A stretch of DNA of 40,565 bases from Chloroflexota bacterium. Lineage in GTDB: Bacteria > Chloroflexota > Limnocylindria > Limnocylindrales > CSP1-4. Made by a program: the position numbers and the translations under genes. The notes beneath the pieces are model-generated. The model ran no database searches and was not told where the DNA came from. It saw nothing but the letters and a program-made list of their open reading frames with translations. Position 1 is the stretch's first letter; each line of letters begins with the position of its first letter. Location: NCBI GenBank assembly GCA_013815585.1, contig JACDFU010000004.1, positions 1 to 40,565 of the forward strand, written 5' to 3'. Positions 24,192-33,059 of the stretch are shown in pieces.

Positions 24192-24437
24192 ATGAGAACA
24201 ACGACCATCTCAAAGGGCGGTCAACTCTCGATCCCTGCCGACGTCCGCCATCGCTGGGGCACCCGGCAGGTCGTGATCGAGGACCGCGGCGGGATGCTCC
24301 TCGTGCGACCGGTCCCTGTCGACCCGATCGCGGCGGCGATTGGCTCCCTCGCCGGACGACGGCCGGACACCGACGAGTCGCGAGCGCTGCTGCGCGAAGA
24401 GGCCGCGGCCGACGACGTGAAGCGGTCCCGTCGCTGA
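24192..24437 (+). CDS. AbrB/MazE/SpoVT-family antitoxin
   Basis: TTISKGGQLSIPADVRHRWG...VVIEDRGGMLLVRP. Confidence 0.88.
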   Translation: MRTTTISKGGQLSIPADVRHRWGTRQVVIEDRGGMLLVRPVPVDPIAAAIGSLAGRRPDTDESRALLREEAAADDVKRSRR

Positions 24438-24871
24438 CGGTCCTCGATGCCCAGGCGGTTGTCGCGGCGCTCACCGGCGAGCCCGCCGCGGCCGAAGTCG
24501 AGGCGCTCCTGCGCGACATATCCGATCCACCCGCCATCAGCGCGGTCAACCTGGCGGAGGTCCTCGACGTGCTCGTCCGCCACCAGGGCTGGCCGGCGGA
24601 CGAGGTCGAGGAGAAGCTCCGCTGGCTCACCCTCGGCGGTCTCACGGTCGTCCCAGTCGACGAGGTAGTCGGTCTTGCGGCGGGGCGCCTGCACGCGGCG
24701 CACTATCACCGCACGCAGCGACCGATCTCGCTCGCCGACTGCGTCGCGCTGGCTATCGCGAGCGCGGTGGGGTCTCGCCTCGCCACCTCGGACCCCGCGC
24801 TGATCGCCACGGCGCGCGAGACCGGCTGCGCCGTGGTGCCGCTCCCGGATGCACGGGGTCGTCGCCCATAG
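24434..24871 (+). CDS. vapC: VapC/PIN-domain toxin (CTG start)
   Basis: LTVLDAQAVVAALTGEP, ISAVNLAEV, ISLADCVALA, LATSDPAL; the first catalytic Asp lies upstream of the track's GTG 24569; CTGA overlap with the antitoxin stop. Confidence 0.85.
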   Translation: MTVLDAQAVVAALTGEPAAAEVEALLRDISDPPAISAVNLAEVLDVLVRHQGWPADEVEEKLRWLTLGGLTVVPVDEVVGLAAGRLHAAHYHRTQRPISLADCVALAIASAVGSRLATSDPALIATARETGCAVVPLPDARGRRP

Positions 24872-24894
24872 GGCTTGGCCGTGTTTGTCCATTG

Positions 24895-25416
24895 TCAATC
24901 TCCCCGTTCGTCGGGAGGATCGCGCCGGAGTTCCTGGGCGACTCTCTCGAGCAGTTCCAGGTGGCCGGCGTCCTTCGGACGACCGGCGGTCCTGTTCATC
25001 GCGATCAAGTGATCCACGCTCGCGACCGGGTACGTGGCTGAGCCATGGATTGTTCGCGCACTTGCCGCGAGCGACGTGTAGGTCAGTCCGGGAGCCGGCT
25101 CGTCGAGGAGATCGAGTCGCCCAAACCTCGTCTTCAACGTCCAGACGCTTCCGCTTGCCAGCGACCGCTCGTCCAGCTTGACCGTTACGCCGGACGGTAG
25201 GCCGATGGGCTCGGCGTCCAGAGCCGCAAGCGCAGCCGCGAGGTGTGTGAGGTCTTGCCGGTCCCGGGCGTACACAAGATCGAGATCCGTCGTCAGCCAC
25301 ATGGCACCCTGTACGCCGGCGGCGATGCCGCCAATCACGACAAACCGCACTCGGTGTTCGTTCAGGACGCGGATGATCGCGATTGGATCGAAAACGCCGG
25401 CCGCGTCCTCGGTCAC
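24895..25416 (-). CDS. Nucleotidyltransferase-fold protein (MNT/DUF6036-like, TA-associated)
   Basis: VRFVVIGGIAA, TTDLDLV, GRLDLL, LIAMNRTAGRPKD. Confidence 0.8.
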   Translation of the reverse strand: MTEDAAGVFDPIAIIRVLNEHRVRFVVIGGIAAGVQGAMWLTTDLDLVYARDRQDLTHLAAALAALDAEPIGLPSGVTVKLDERSLASGSVWTLKTRFGRLDLLDEPAPGLTYTSLAASARTIHGSATYPVASVDHLIAMNRTAGRPKDAGHLELLERVAQELRRDPPDERGD

Positions 25417-28199
25417 TGACTGGTCTGCGCGTCGTCGATCATCCGAAGCATGTTCCGGTTCGAGGCGAGGTAGTAGGCCTCCCGTTCTTCATCGCTCATC
25501 CGCACGAGCCGGCCAATTTCGACCTGGTCCGCGTCCGCCTGCGCCTGGCCCGCGGTGCGCGACTCGCTGAAACCCGACGGACCGCTCGCCCGGTCCACGG
25601 TGAACACCTTCATGACCTCGTCGCCGTAGTGGTTGATGACCTTCACGGCGATCTTGCCGGTTGACGGGCGCGGGAATGGCCGGCTGACCGTCGAGTTGAT
25701 GCTGGCCCAGGCCTCGTCGCTGATGTCGGCCTTCAGGGCGCGGCGGAGCTTGTCGTAGGGATCGTTGGCGCCGGTGAAGTAGGCGTGGCGGACGAAGAAG
25801 GCATCGCCGTCGTAGCTCGTGTCCAGGAACCAGGCCGCGATGTCCTCGACCGACGATGAGCGGAGCACGCCGGTGGTCGGGTCGTAGACGTCGAGCCCGC
25901 GGACCTCGACCGTGAGCTGGTCGTCGCCAGCCGGCCGCACCTCGATGTCGGGCTCGCCGAAGACCATGAACAGGTTGCCCGAGCCGGTCTTCTTGAGCAG
26001 CTCGTCGCCCATCGCCAGGTCGGGGTTCATGCGCGCCTGGAGGATGGTCAGCCGGCCGAGGGTGGAGGCCTCCTCCCCTGCCAGCGGGTCGAAGGCGAAG
26101 CCGCACACGACGAGCAGGTCGGCGATCTTGACCGCTTCCTTGGCCGCCTCGCGGATGAGCTCGGGGCCGACGGTGCCGAACTCGGGCCCGATGGCGATCG
26201 CGACCGTCTTCGGATGGCTGTTTTCAGCGTACTCCCCGACCGCCTGGACGTAGACGCCCGGGTATGGGTCGAGTCGGCTGAACTGGAGGCGCTCCTTGCG
26301 CTTGGTGTTCTGCACGCCGGCTCGACGAAGGTTGTCGAGGATACTGGTCACGAACTGACCCGAGTCGGGCGACGATGGCGGAGGCTCGGCGGCGTTGTCC
26401 TCCGGCCCGGTGCGCAGGACTCGGTGGGGCGAGAGACTCTCGACCGTGAATGGGCCCGACACGCGGACGATCTTGCGGTCCTCGTAGGGGCGGTCGAAGA
26501 GCGTCTCGGTCTCGGCGTGACGGGCGATGGCGGCGTCGATCTCCTCGCGGGTCATGCCCTCGCGGATGTCGGGGTTCTGAGCGATTGACCTCAAGGTCAC
26601 GTGCGGCACGCGCTCGTAGACGAAGCCGCGCCGGACGTCGTTGGTAGTTGACGAGATCGGCGATGGAGGCGCGATGCCGGTCACCTCGGCCGCCTTGCGA
26701 ATGCCGGCCTCCGAGTCGGCCAATATGTAATACGGGTATTTGGCGGCCATCACGCGCGAGCGCGCGAGGGCGAGGGCGACGCGACTCGTGTCTATCGTGA
26801 TCCAGCGCCTCCCCCACTGCTCGGCCACGAATGCGGTCGTGCCCGAGCCGCAAGTCGGATCGAGCACGAGATCGCCTGGGTCGCTGGTCATCAGCATGCA
26901 TCGGGCGATAACTCGTATTCCCGTCTGCACTACGTACAGGCGTTCCTCGCCGTAGCCCGAGCGCATCGTGTCGTCCCACAAGTTCGTCACGCGCACAACT
27001 GGGAAGTCCTCGGCAAACCTCTTGTATGTCAGGGTTCGTCCGACACCTAGCAGCCGATCCGCATCGCGCAATCGGCTCATCCCATCGCGGTTCGTCTTCC
27101 AGTACCACTTCCCCGGAAGCATGTATTCGACTCCGTCGACGTGGACCGGGAATCGCGTCGTGTCTCCACCGCTCTCTGAAAATAGGCCATCAGCCTTGAA
27201 GCGCCTGGGAATTCGCGAGCCAGAGGCGAGTTCCGCTCTCGATATCCGCTCCACATGGCCGTCCGCCAACTGTCGCCAGGTGTATTGCTCTAGGAGCGTG
27301 TCGTCAGTCCTGTCAGAGTAGAGCTGTCGGAACTTCAAAGCTTGTTGTGCTCGCGCATACCACAAGAGAGAGTCATAGACGGCGTCTAACGCCGCCCCAG
27401 CCTTTCCACTGGTCTTTCGGAAGGCAATCTGAGCCACAAAGTTGTCTGGCCCGAAGATTTCATCGAGAACTGACCGGACGAGATGGACGTTCTCGTCGCC
27501 GATCTGGACGAAGATCGAGCCTGAGTCGGTCAGCAGCTCGCGGGCGACGGCCAGCCGATCGCGGAGGTAGCTGAGGTACGAGTGGATCCCGAGCTCCCAG
27601 GTGTCCCGATACGCGCGCACCTGCTCGGGCTGGCGCGTCAGGTCGGTGTCCTTGCCGTCGCGGACGTCGCGCTTGCGGGTCGAGACCTGCCAGTTGGAGC
27701 CGAACTTGATGCCGTAGGGCGGGTCGATGTAGATGGTCTGGACCTGGCCCTTGAGGCCTTCCTTCTCGGCGAGGCTGGTCATCACGAGCAACGAGTCGCC
27801 GAGGATCATGCGGTTCGCCCACTTGCCGGGGTGGCGATAGAAGTCGACTTTTTCCTCGAACGTCAGGTCCGTATAGGGCGCGAAGAAGCCGAGCTGCTGC
27901 TCTGAGCGGCGGCCCTCGCTCTCGGCGCGGAGCTCCTCGACCAGCGCGAGCGGGTCGATCGTCTCCTGGATGTAGATCGGGACGGCCGGAACCTGGAGGT
28001 CGTGGCTGTCCTGCTCGTCCTTGCCCTTCCAGACGAGCTGCGGGTCGAGGGTCGGGTCGCGGGGATAGCGCACGATCGCGGGCCTCTTCTCCTCTGGGCG
28101 GGCGAACGACTCCAGCTCGGCAGTCGGGATGTTCGAGCGGCTGTCCGACGGATGGGTGGTCGCACGCACGACCGTGCGGGGCTTGATCTTCTCAGCCAC
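25413..28199 (-). CDS. mod: Type III restriction-modification system adenine methyltransferase (Mod)
   Basis: NRMILGDSL, motif IV YIDPPY, motif I LVLDPTCGSGTT (beta-class order), C-terminal IAVKVINHYGDEV; co-oriented with a Res helicase-nuclease gene. Confidence 0.9.
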   Translation of the reverse strand: MAEKIKPRTVVRATTHPSDSRSNIPTAELESFARPEEKRPAIVRYPRDPTLDPQLVWKGKDEQDSHDLQVPAVPIYIQETIDPLALVEELRAESEGRRSEQQLGFFAPYTDLTFEEKVDFYRHPGKWANRMILGDSLLVMTSLAEKEGLKGQVQTIYIDPPYGIKFGSNWQVSTRKRDVRDGKDTDLTRQPEQVRAYRDTWELGIHSYLSYLRDRLAVARELLTDSGSIFVQIGDENVHLVRSVLDEIFGPDNFVAQIAFRKTSGKAGAALDAVYDSLLWYARAQQALKFRQLYSDRTDDTLLEQYTWRQLADGHVERISRAELASGSRIPRRFKADGLFSESGGDTTRFPVHVDGVEYMLPGKWYWKTNRDGMSRLRDADRLLGVGRTLTYKRFAEDFPVVRVTNLWDDTMRSGYGEERLYVVQTGIRVIARCMLMTSDPGDLVLDPTCGSGTTAFVAEQWGRRWITIDTSRVALALARSRVMAAKYPYYILADSEAGIRKAAEVTGIAPPSPISSTTNDVRRGFVYERVPHVTLRSIAQNPDIREGMTREEIDAAIARHAETETLFDRPYEDRKIVRVSGPFTVESLSPHRVLRTGPEDNAAEPPPSSPDSGQFVTSILDNLRRAGVQNTKRKERLQFSRLDPYPGVYVQAVGEYAENSHPKTVAIAIGPEFGTVGPELIREAAKEAVKIADLLVVCGFAFDPLAGEEASTLGRLTILQARMNPDLAMGDELLKKTGSGNLFMVFGEPDIEVRPAGDDQLTVEVRGLDVYDPTTGVLRSSSVEDIAAWFLDTSYDGDAFFVRHAYFTGANDPYDKLRRALKADISDEAWASINSTVSRPFPRPSTGKIAVKVINHYGDEVMKVFTVDRASGPSGFSESRTAGQAQADADQVEIGRLVRMSDEEREAYYLASNRNMLRMIDDAQTSQ

Positions 28200-28232
28200 G
28201 ACTTACCTCGCGCTCATCCGATCCGCCCACAT

Positions 28233-28258
28233 GCTACGACTGTAGCGGCAGTGCTACA
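28233..28258. promoter_or_regulatory. Putative TA autoregulatory operator (GCTAC/GTAGC inverted repeats)
   Basis: TGTAGC-GGCAGT-GCTACA inverted repeat plus an extra GCTAC, just upstream of the Phd antitoxin start. Confidence 0.55.
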
Positions 28259-28267
28259 TTGAGCGGC

Positions 28268-28522
28268 ATGACCGAGGTCGCTTCGCGTGAACTCCGCAAC
28301 AACACACGTGCGCTGCTCGATCGCGTCGCGGCCGGCGAGTCGGTGACGATCACGGTCGACGGGCGACCGGTCGCGGTCCTCGCCCCCGTCGGACGGCGCC
28401 CGCGCTGGATGCCCAAGGAGGAATTCCTGCGGATGCTGAGCGGGCGCCAGGCTGACCCCGGCCTCACAAAGGTGCTCAGAGAACTCGCTCCCGACACGAC
28501 CGACGACATCCCGCTGGCGTGA
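28268..28522 (+). CDS. Phd/YefM-family antitoxin (VapB)
   Basis: MTEVASRELRNNTRALLDRVAAGESVTITVDGRPVAVLAP. Confidence 0.9.
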   Translation: MTEVASRELRNNTRALLDRVAAGESVTITVDGRPVAVLAPVGRRPRWMPKEEFLRMLSGRQADPGLTKVLRELAPDTTDDIPLA

Positions 28523-28905
28523 CCGACGGTCTCGCCGACACGTCCATCTTCGTCGCCCGGGAGTCGGGCCGGCCGGTCCGGGCAGACGTGGTGCCCCAGC
28601 GACTCGCCGTGTCGGTAATCACGATCGGCGAGCTTCGCGCCGGAGTCCTCGCAGCCGAGGATCTCGAGACCAGGGATCGCCGTCTCGTCACGCTGACGCT
28701 CGCGCTGTCCCTCGATCCGGTACCCGTCGATGATCGCGTCGCGGAAGCGTGGGCACGCCTGCGGCTGGCCCTCGCCAAGGCGGGCCTCCGCATGCCGGTC
28801 AACGACTCCTGGATCGCCGCCACCGCGATGGCCCTCGGCGTCCCGGTCGTGACGCAGGACGACGATTACGTCGAGGTGCCGGGGCTCGCGGTCATCCACG
28901 CCTGA
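28519..28905 (+). CDS. vapC: VapC/PIN-domain toxin
   Basis: GLADTSIFVA, SVITIGELRAG, NDSWIAATA, VVTQDDDY. Confidence 0.92.
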   Translation: MTDGLADTSIFVARESGRPVRADVVPQRLAVSVITIGELRAGVLAAEDLETRDRRLVTLTLALSLDPVPVDDRVAEAWARLRLALAKAGLRMPVNDSWIAATAMALGVPVVTQDDDYVEVPGLAVIHA

Positions 28906-31900
28906 TCCTCACCGGGGCACCCGGGGACGGCTGAAGGAAGCGAGCTCGGATCAGGTTGCCGGCGTCCCACGGGTCGGTGACCTCGAGGAATGCCCAGCGG
29001 CCGAGGCCGCCCCAGTTGTTCACGGCCACCGTCCAGAGATGCTCCGCTGTTGCGACCTTCGCCTGCTTCTCCTTCTTGGCCTCGCCAGTGACCTCCAGGA
29101 CGAGCGTGAGCAGGTCGTCCGGGCCGGACGACGCCGGATGCCGCAGGCGGATGAGGAAGTCGGGCACGTAGTTCCCTGCCCTCCCCTCGTACGTATACGG
29201 GATCTTGAAGTTGAGGCCCTGGTTCTTGGCGTAGGTCACGACCTCCGGCATCGACTCCAGGACCTCGGCCAGCTTGCACTCCCAGCCGGAGTCCTGGACG
29301 ACCAGGTTGAGGTGACTCCTGGTCGCCTCGCAGCAGACCTTGGTCGTCTCGAACCAGACGTCGTCCGTGGAACCGATCGGCTCGTACGGCCGGAGATTCG
29401 GGAGGAGCCGCTTCTCGCCCCGCGTGCCGGCGTAGATGGCGTTGCGGATCCTGTCTGCCGCGGCGTGGCTGTACTCCGTGAAGAGGAGCATCTGCGGGAA
29501 CGTGTTGTCCTTGAGGTACGGAGTGACGCATTCGTCGATCCAGGCATTGGTGATCCGGACGAGCTGCGGGAAGAGCCACGGGCGCTGGCCGCCGTCCTCG
29601 TCTCGGAAGTGGTTGTCCAGCGTGCGCTTGGCGATGGCGAAGACGACCGTCTGCATCCGATGGTCTCGCAGGTCGACCTCGTGCACGTCCATCTCGCCGA
29701 CGATCGGATCGACCTCCGTCCGTAGCGCCACGTCGCGCGTCGAGAGTTCCAGGATCGACGAGGCGTCGAACCGCGCGTCCAGGCGGTCGGTCGGCATCTC
29801 GTAGCGGTAGCCGACGAGCTTGGGGAACTCGATCCGCAGGTCCGAGCGCTCGGGCAGCGCCCGAACGGTGAGCACGGGCTTGGAGCTCTTTGGCTTCCCC
29901 TTTCCGGCGACCGACAGGAAGCTGAACGGCACGCCGTAGACCTCGGCATATTCCGGCTCGAACATCCCGTCCGGCGTGGCGTCGTAGCTTGCTCGCCTGA
30001 GCGCGCGCCCGACGACCTGCTCGCACAGCAGCTGCGTCCCGAACGCGCGGATGCCGAGGATGTGCGTCACGGTGTTCGCGTCCCAGCCCTCCGTGAGCAT
30101 CGCGACCGAGACCACGCAGCGGACGTGCTCGCCCAGCCGGTCGCGCTTCCCGACGGTGTTCATCACCTCGCGGAGGATGTCCTCGTCGGTGATCTCGTCC
30201 GCGCTGCGGCCCGGGAAACGCGCTACGTACTCCTGCTTGAAGCGTTCGATCTCCGCGGCGGCCGCCTTGCGGAAGGTGGGGTCGAGGGCGTCGCCCCGGT
30301 CCAGCTGCGCGGAGTCGACGAGGATGGTGTTCGGGCGGTCGCGGAAGCGGCCGTCCTGCTCGTTGGAGAAGAGCGGCAGGTGCCCGGGAGCCACCACGGT
30401 GCCGCCATCCTCGAGCTTCACCTCCCAGCCGGCAATCCAGTCGGCGACGAGCTTGGAGGTCGCGGTGTTGGAGCAGACCACGATGAACACCGGCGGCACA
30501 CCGAGACCCGCCTTCTCCCAGGCGGCGAAGTCGCGCTCGTAGTCCCGGTAGAGCGAGAAGAGCGCGCCTTCCAGCTCCTTGGGGATCACCGGCTGCCCGT
30601 CGATCGGCGTGTCCCTGATCCCCTTCTTCGGGAGGGCGTCGCGCACCCGCAGCCACAGCTCGCGGTACATCGGGCCCTGGCCCGTCATCGAGTCGTCGCG
30701 GACGGGCACGCGCGGGATCTTCACGATTCCCGACTCGATCGCGTCCATCAGCCCGAAGTCGGAGACGACCCAGGGAAAGAGCGTTCCCTCCGCGTAGCCG
30801 GAGCCCTTGAGGAAGAAGGGCGTGGCGGAGAGGTCGTAGACCGCGCGAATGCCGAGCTTCTCCCTGACGGCCTGCAGCCCGGAGAGCCAGATGCGGGCCT
30901 CCTCCTGGTCCTTCTTCGCGAGGACTCGCTCGTCTGGATCGAGCGCGGCTTCCTCCGCCTGCTCCTTGGGCGCCGGCGCGTAGCAGTGGTGCGCCTCGTC
31001 GTTGATCACGACGAGGTTCTTCGCGTTGCCGAAGTCGCGGAGGACACGCCGGACCATCTCCGCCGGCGTCTCGCGGAACCGCCCGTCGTCACCGTGCGGA
31101 CCGACGAGCACCTTCTTCGTGAGGCTCGCGGCCTGGATCTTTTCGCGGCGGATGAAGGCGTGGAAGTTCGTGATCAGGATGTCGGCGGCCTGCAACCGGT
31201 CGAGCTGCTCCGGAGTGACGATCTCGAGCGCCCGGTAGAAGTTGTGGGGGTCGTTCGGAAGCAGCACTCGGAGCCGGTCGCGGATCGTGATGCCGGGGGC
31301 CACGATCAGGAAGCGGTCGGCGAACCGGCGGTCCTGCGGGCTGGCCTGCTTGTTGAGCGCCTGCCAGGCGATGAGCATCGCCATCAGGACCGTCTTGCCG
31401 GAGCCCGTCGCCATCTTGAACGCGACCCGTGGCAGCCCGCCGTTGAGGGCTTCGTTCTCGCTCCGGATGACGTTCAGCGCTTTTGTGTCACCCAGCTTCT
31501 CCGCAGCTTCCGTCAGGTAGATCGCCGTCTCGGCCGCCTCGATCTGGCAGAAGAAGAGCCGGCGCTCACGGTCCTCACCCTGCCAGTGCTGGAGGAGGTC
31601 GCGCGTGACCGACGTAATGTGCGGGTAGCCCAGCTGACGCCAGCTGGTGACGGACTGGCGGATCTCGTTGACGATCTCGTTCGGCTGCTGCCGCTGGGGC
31701 CCGCCGAACTGGTCCATCGACATCTGCCCGGACAGCTTCTTCGGGCGGGCGACCGGAACGAAGAACTCCGACGGCCGGCGACGCGGCGCGATCTCACCGG
31801 TGACCCTGCCGGCGGGGGACGTCACGAAGTGGCGCGCCGGCTCCACGAACGGCGAGTTGATGATCGGGTTCTCGATCGTGCCTGGCTGGGCGGTGCCCTC

Positions 31901-31930
31901 GCCCGGAACGACGGCCTCGACTGCCCCCAG
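28892..31930 (-). CDS. res: Type III restriction endonuclease Res subunit (SF2 helicase + C-terminal PD-(D/E)xK-like nuclease)
   Basis: Walker A KMATGSGKT, NDEAHH, LSATP, MLTEGWD, EQVVGRALRR, YVPDFL...LEVTG. The frame extends upstream of 31846 through IENPIINSPF to CTG 31930, preceded by GGAGGGGAGG. Confidence 0.9.
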   Translation of the reverse strand: MGAVEAVVPGEGTAQPGTIENPIINSPFVEPARHFVTSPAGRVTGEIAPRRRPSEFFVPVARPKKLSGQMSMDQFGGPQRQQPNEIVNEIRQSVTSWRQLGYPHITSVTRDLLQHWQGEDRERRLFFCQIEAAETAIYLTEAAEKLGDTKALNVIRSENEALNGGLPRVAFKMATGSGKTVLMAMLIAWQALNKQASPQDRRFADRFLIVAPGITIRDRLRVLLPNDPHNFYRALEIVTPEQLDRLQAADILITNFHAFIRREKIQAASLTKKVLVGPHGDDGRFRETPAEMVRRVLRDFGNAKNLVVINDEAHHCYAPAPKEQAEEAALDPDERVLAKKDQEEARIWLSGLQAVREKLGIRAVYDLSATPFFLKGSGYAEGTLFPWVVSDFGLMDAIESGIVKIPRVPVRDDSMTGQGPMYRELWLRVRDALPKKGIRDTPIDGQPVIPKELEGALFSLYRDYERDFAAWEKAGLGVPPVFIVVCSNTATSKLVADWIAGWEVKLEDGGTVVAPGHLPLFSNEQDGRFRDRPNTILVDSAQLDRGDALDPTFRKAAAAEIERFKQEYVARFPGRSADEITDEDILREVMNTVGKRDRLGEHVRCVVSVAMLTEGWDANTVTHILGIRAFGTQLLCEQVVGRALRRASYDATPDGMFEPEYAEVYGVPFSFLSVAGKGKPKSSKPVLTVRALPERSDLRIEFPKLVGYRYEMPTDRLDARFDASSILELSTRDVALRTEVDPIVGEMDVHEVDLRDHRMQTVVFAIAKRTLDNHFRDEDGGQRPWLFPQLVRITNAWIDECVTPYLKDNTFPQMLLFTEYSHAAADRIRNAIYAGTRGEKRLLPNLRPYEPIGSTDDVWFETTKVCCEATRSHLNLVVQDSGWECKLAEVLESMPEVVTYAKNQGLNFKIPYTYEGRAGNYVPDFLIRLRHPASSGPDDLLTLVLEVTGEAKKEKQAKVATAEHLWTVAVNNWGGLGRWAFLEVTDPWDAGNLIRARFLQPSPGAPVRIRRG

Positions 31931-32024
31931 AGTGCCCTCCCCTCCGCCGACCGCCTAGGTCGACTCCCCGTTGACTATAGCCCGTCGAACCTGGCGTCAC
32001 GCGAGGGGTGAGCCAGGGCCCCTG

Positions 32025-32801
32025 CTAGCGCGGCGTCATCTTCAGGAGGCCGAAGCTGGCGCCCTGCGGGTCGGTCACGATGGCGAAGCGGCCGCCGGGG
32101 AAGTCCTGGGGGGCAACCATCTCTCGACCACCCAGGTCGAGCACCTTCTGAAAGGCCGAGTCGACGTCGTCGACGTTGAAATAGATCTGCCAGTAGCTGG
32201 GCACCTCGGTCGGGATCATCTCGTTCATCTCCCAGGCGCCCGCGATGCTCTCCTCGTCCAGCAGGAACTCGGTGTAGGGCGGCTGCCCCTCCCCCATCGG
32301 GCTCTCCCGGGTGGCCCAGCCGAAGACCTGCTCGTAGAAGGGCAGCGCCTTCTCCTTCCCGCGTGCGTTCAGCTCCGCCCAGCCGTACGCGCCCGGCTTC
32401 TCGGTCTGGAAGCCGCCCATCCGGGTCCCCTGCCAGGCTGAGATGAAGGCTCCGCTGGGATCCTGGAAGACGGCCATCCGCCCCTGGTCACCGACGTCGA
32501 ACGGCTCGGCGATCACGTTTCCACCGGCTGCCTTGACTCGCTCGACCATGCCGCCGAGGTCGTCGGTGCCGATGTAGAGCGACCAGACGGTCGGCTGCTC
32601 GGGTGACTGCTTGGACCCGATGCCGGCGGCATCCTTGCCGTCGATCTTGGCGACGCCATAGCCGCCGTACTGTGGGTCAGGGTCGACCTCGACCTGCCAG
32701 CCCAGGAGCCTTGAGTAGAAGTCCCGCGACGCCTCGGCGTCGGGCGTGGCCAGGTCGACCCAGACCGGCCTGTTCGTGGCTGTCGCGCCTGCTTGTGCCA
32801 T
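32025..32801 (-). CDS. VOC/glyoxalase family protein (two-domain, CFP32-like)
   Basis: PVWVDLATPD...FYSRLLGW, GRMAVFQDPSGA, WAELN, GRFAIVTDPQGA; own GAGGAGG RBS before ATG 32801. Confidence 0.9.
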   Translation of the reverse strand: MAQAGATATNRPVWVDLATPDAEASRDFYSRLLGWQVEVDPDPQYGGYGVAKIDGKDAAGIGSKQSPEQPTVWSLYIGTDDLGGMVERVKAAGGNVIAEPFDVGDQGRMAVFQDPSGAFISAWQGTRMGGFQTEKPGAYGWAELNARGKEKALPFYEQVFGWATRESPMGEGQPPYTEFLLDEESIAGAWEMNEMIPTEVPSYWQIYFNVDDVDSAFQKVLDLGGREMVAPQDFPGGRFAIVTDPQGASFGLLKMTPR

Positions 32802-32849
32802 GTCGCCTCCTCGTGAGCTCGTCGACGGCCCAGCTTGGCACAACGAGCC

Positions 32850-33035
32850 GCGAACGCCCGGAATGAATCGAAATGTGGCCCAACGACCCTCGAGTGGGGC
32901 GCCGAGGCGGGGAAACATGGCCAGCGGCTCGAGTGAGCGCTTGATCCGTTCGCGGGTCGATGGAGGCGGACTGTGGGTTCGTATGAGCCGGTCCAGATCT
33001 TCGCGCGCCGTCGGCGTGACGAGGACCGTGGTCAC
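32850..33035 (-). pseudogene. Truncated RelE/ParE-like toxin fragment
   Basis: VTTVLVTPTAREDLDRLI...IKRSLEPLAMFPRLGAPLEGRW..RF resembles the N-terminal two thirds of ParE/RelE; the C-terminal strands are missing. Confidence 0.55.
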
Positions 33036-33059
33036 CCCGTTCTTCGTCGAGGATGACTT

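Noticed and set aside
25413-28199. Phase-variable mod (simple sequence repeat tract)
   Set aside because: No homopolymer or short-unit repeat tract seen in the 5' region, and the frame is intact.
28866-32011. Long alternative-frame ORFs (28866-30656 minus, 30062-32011 plus)
   Set aside because: Shadow frames of res; Arg/Gly-rich or antisense, with no domain signal.
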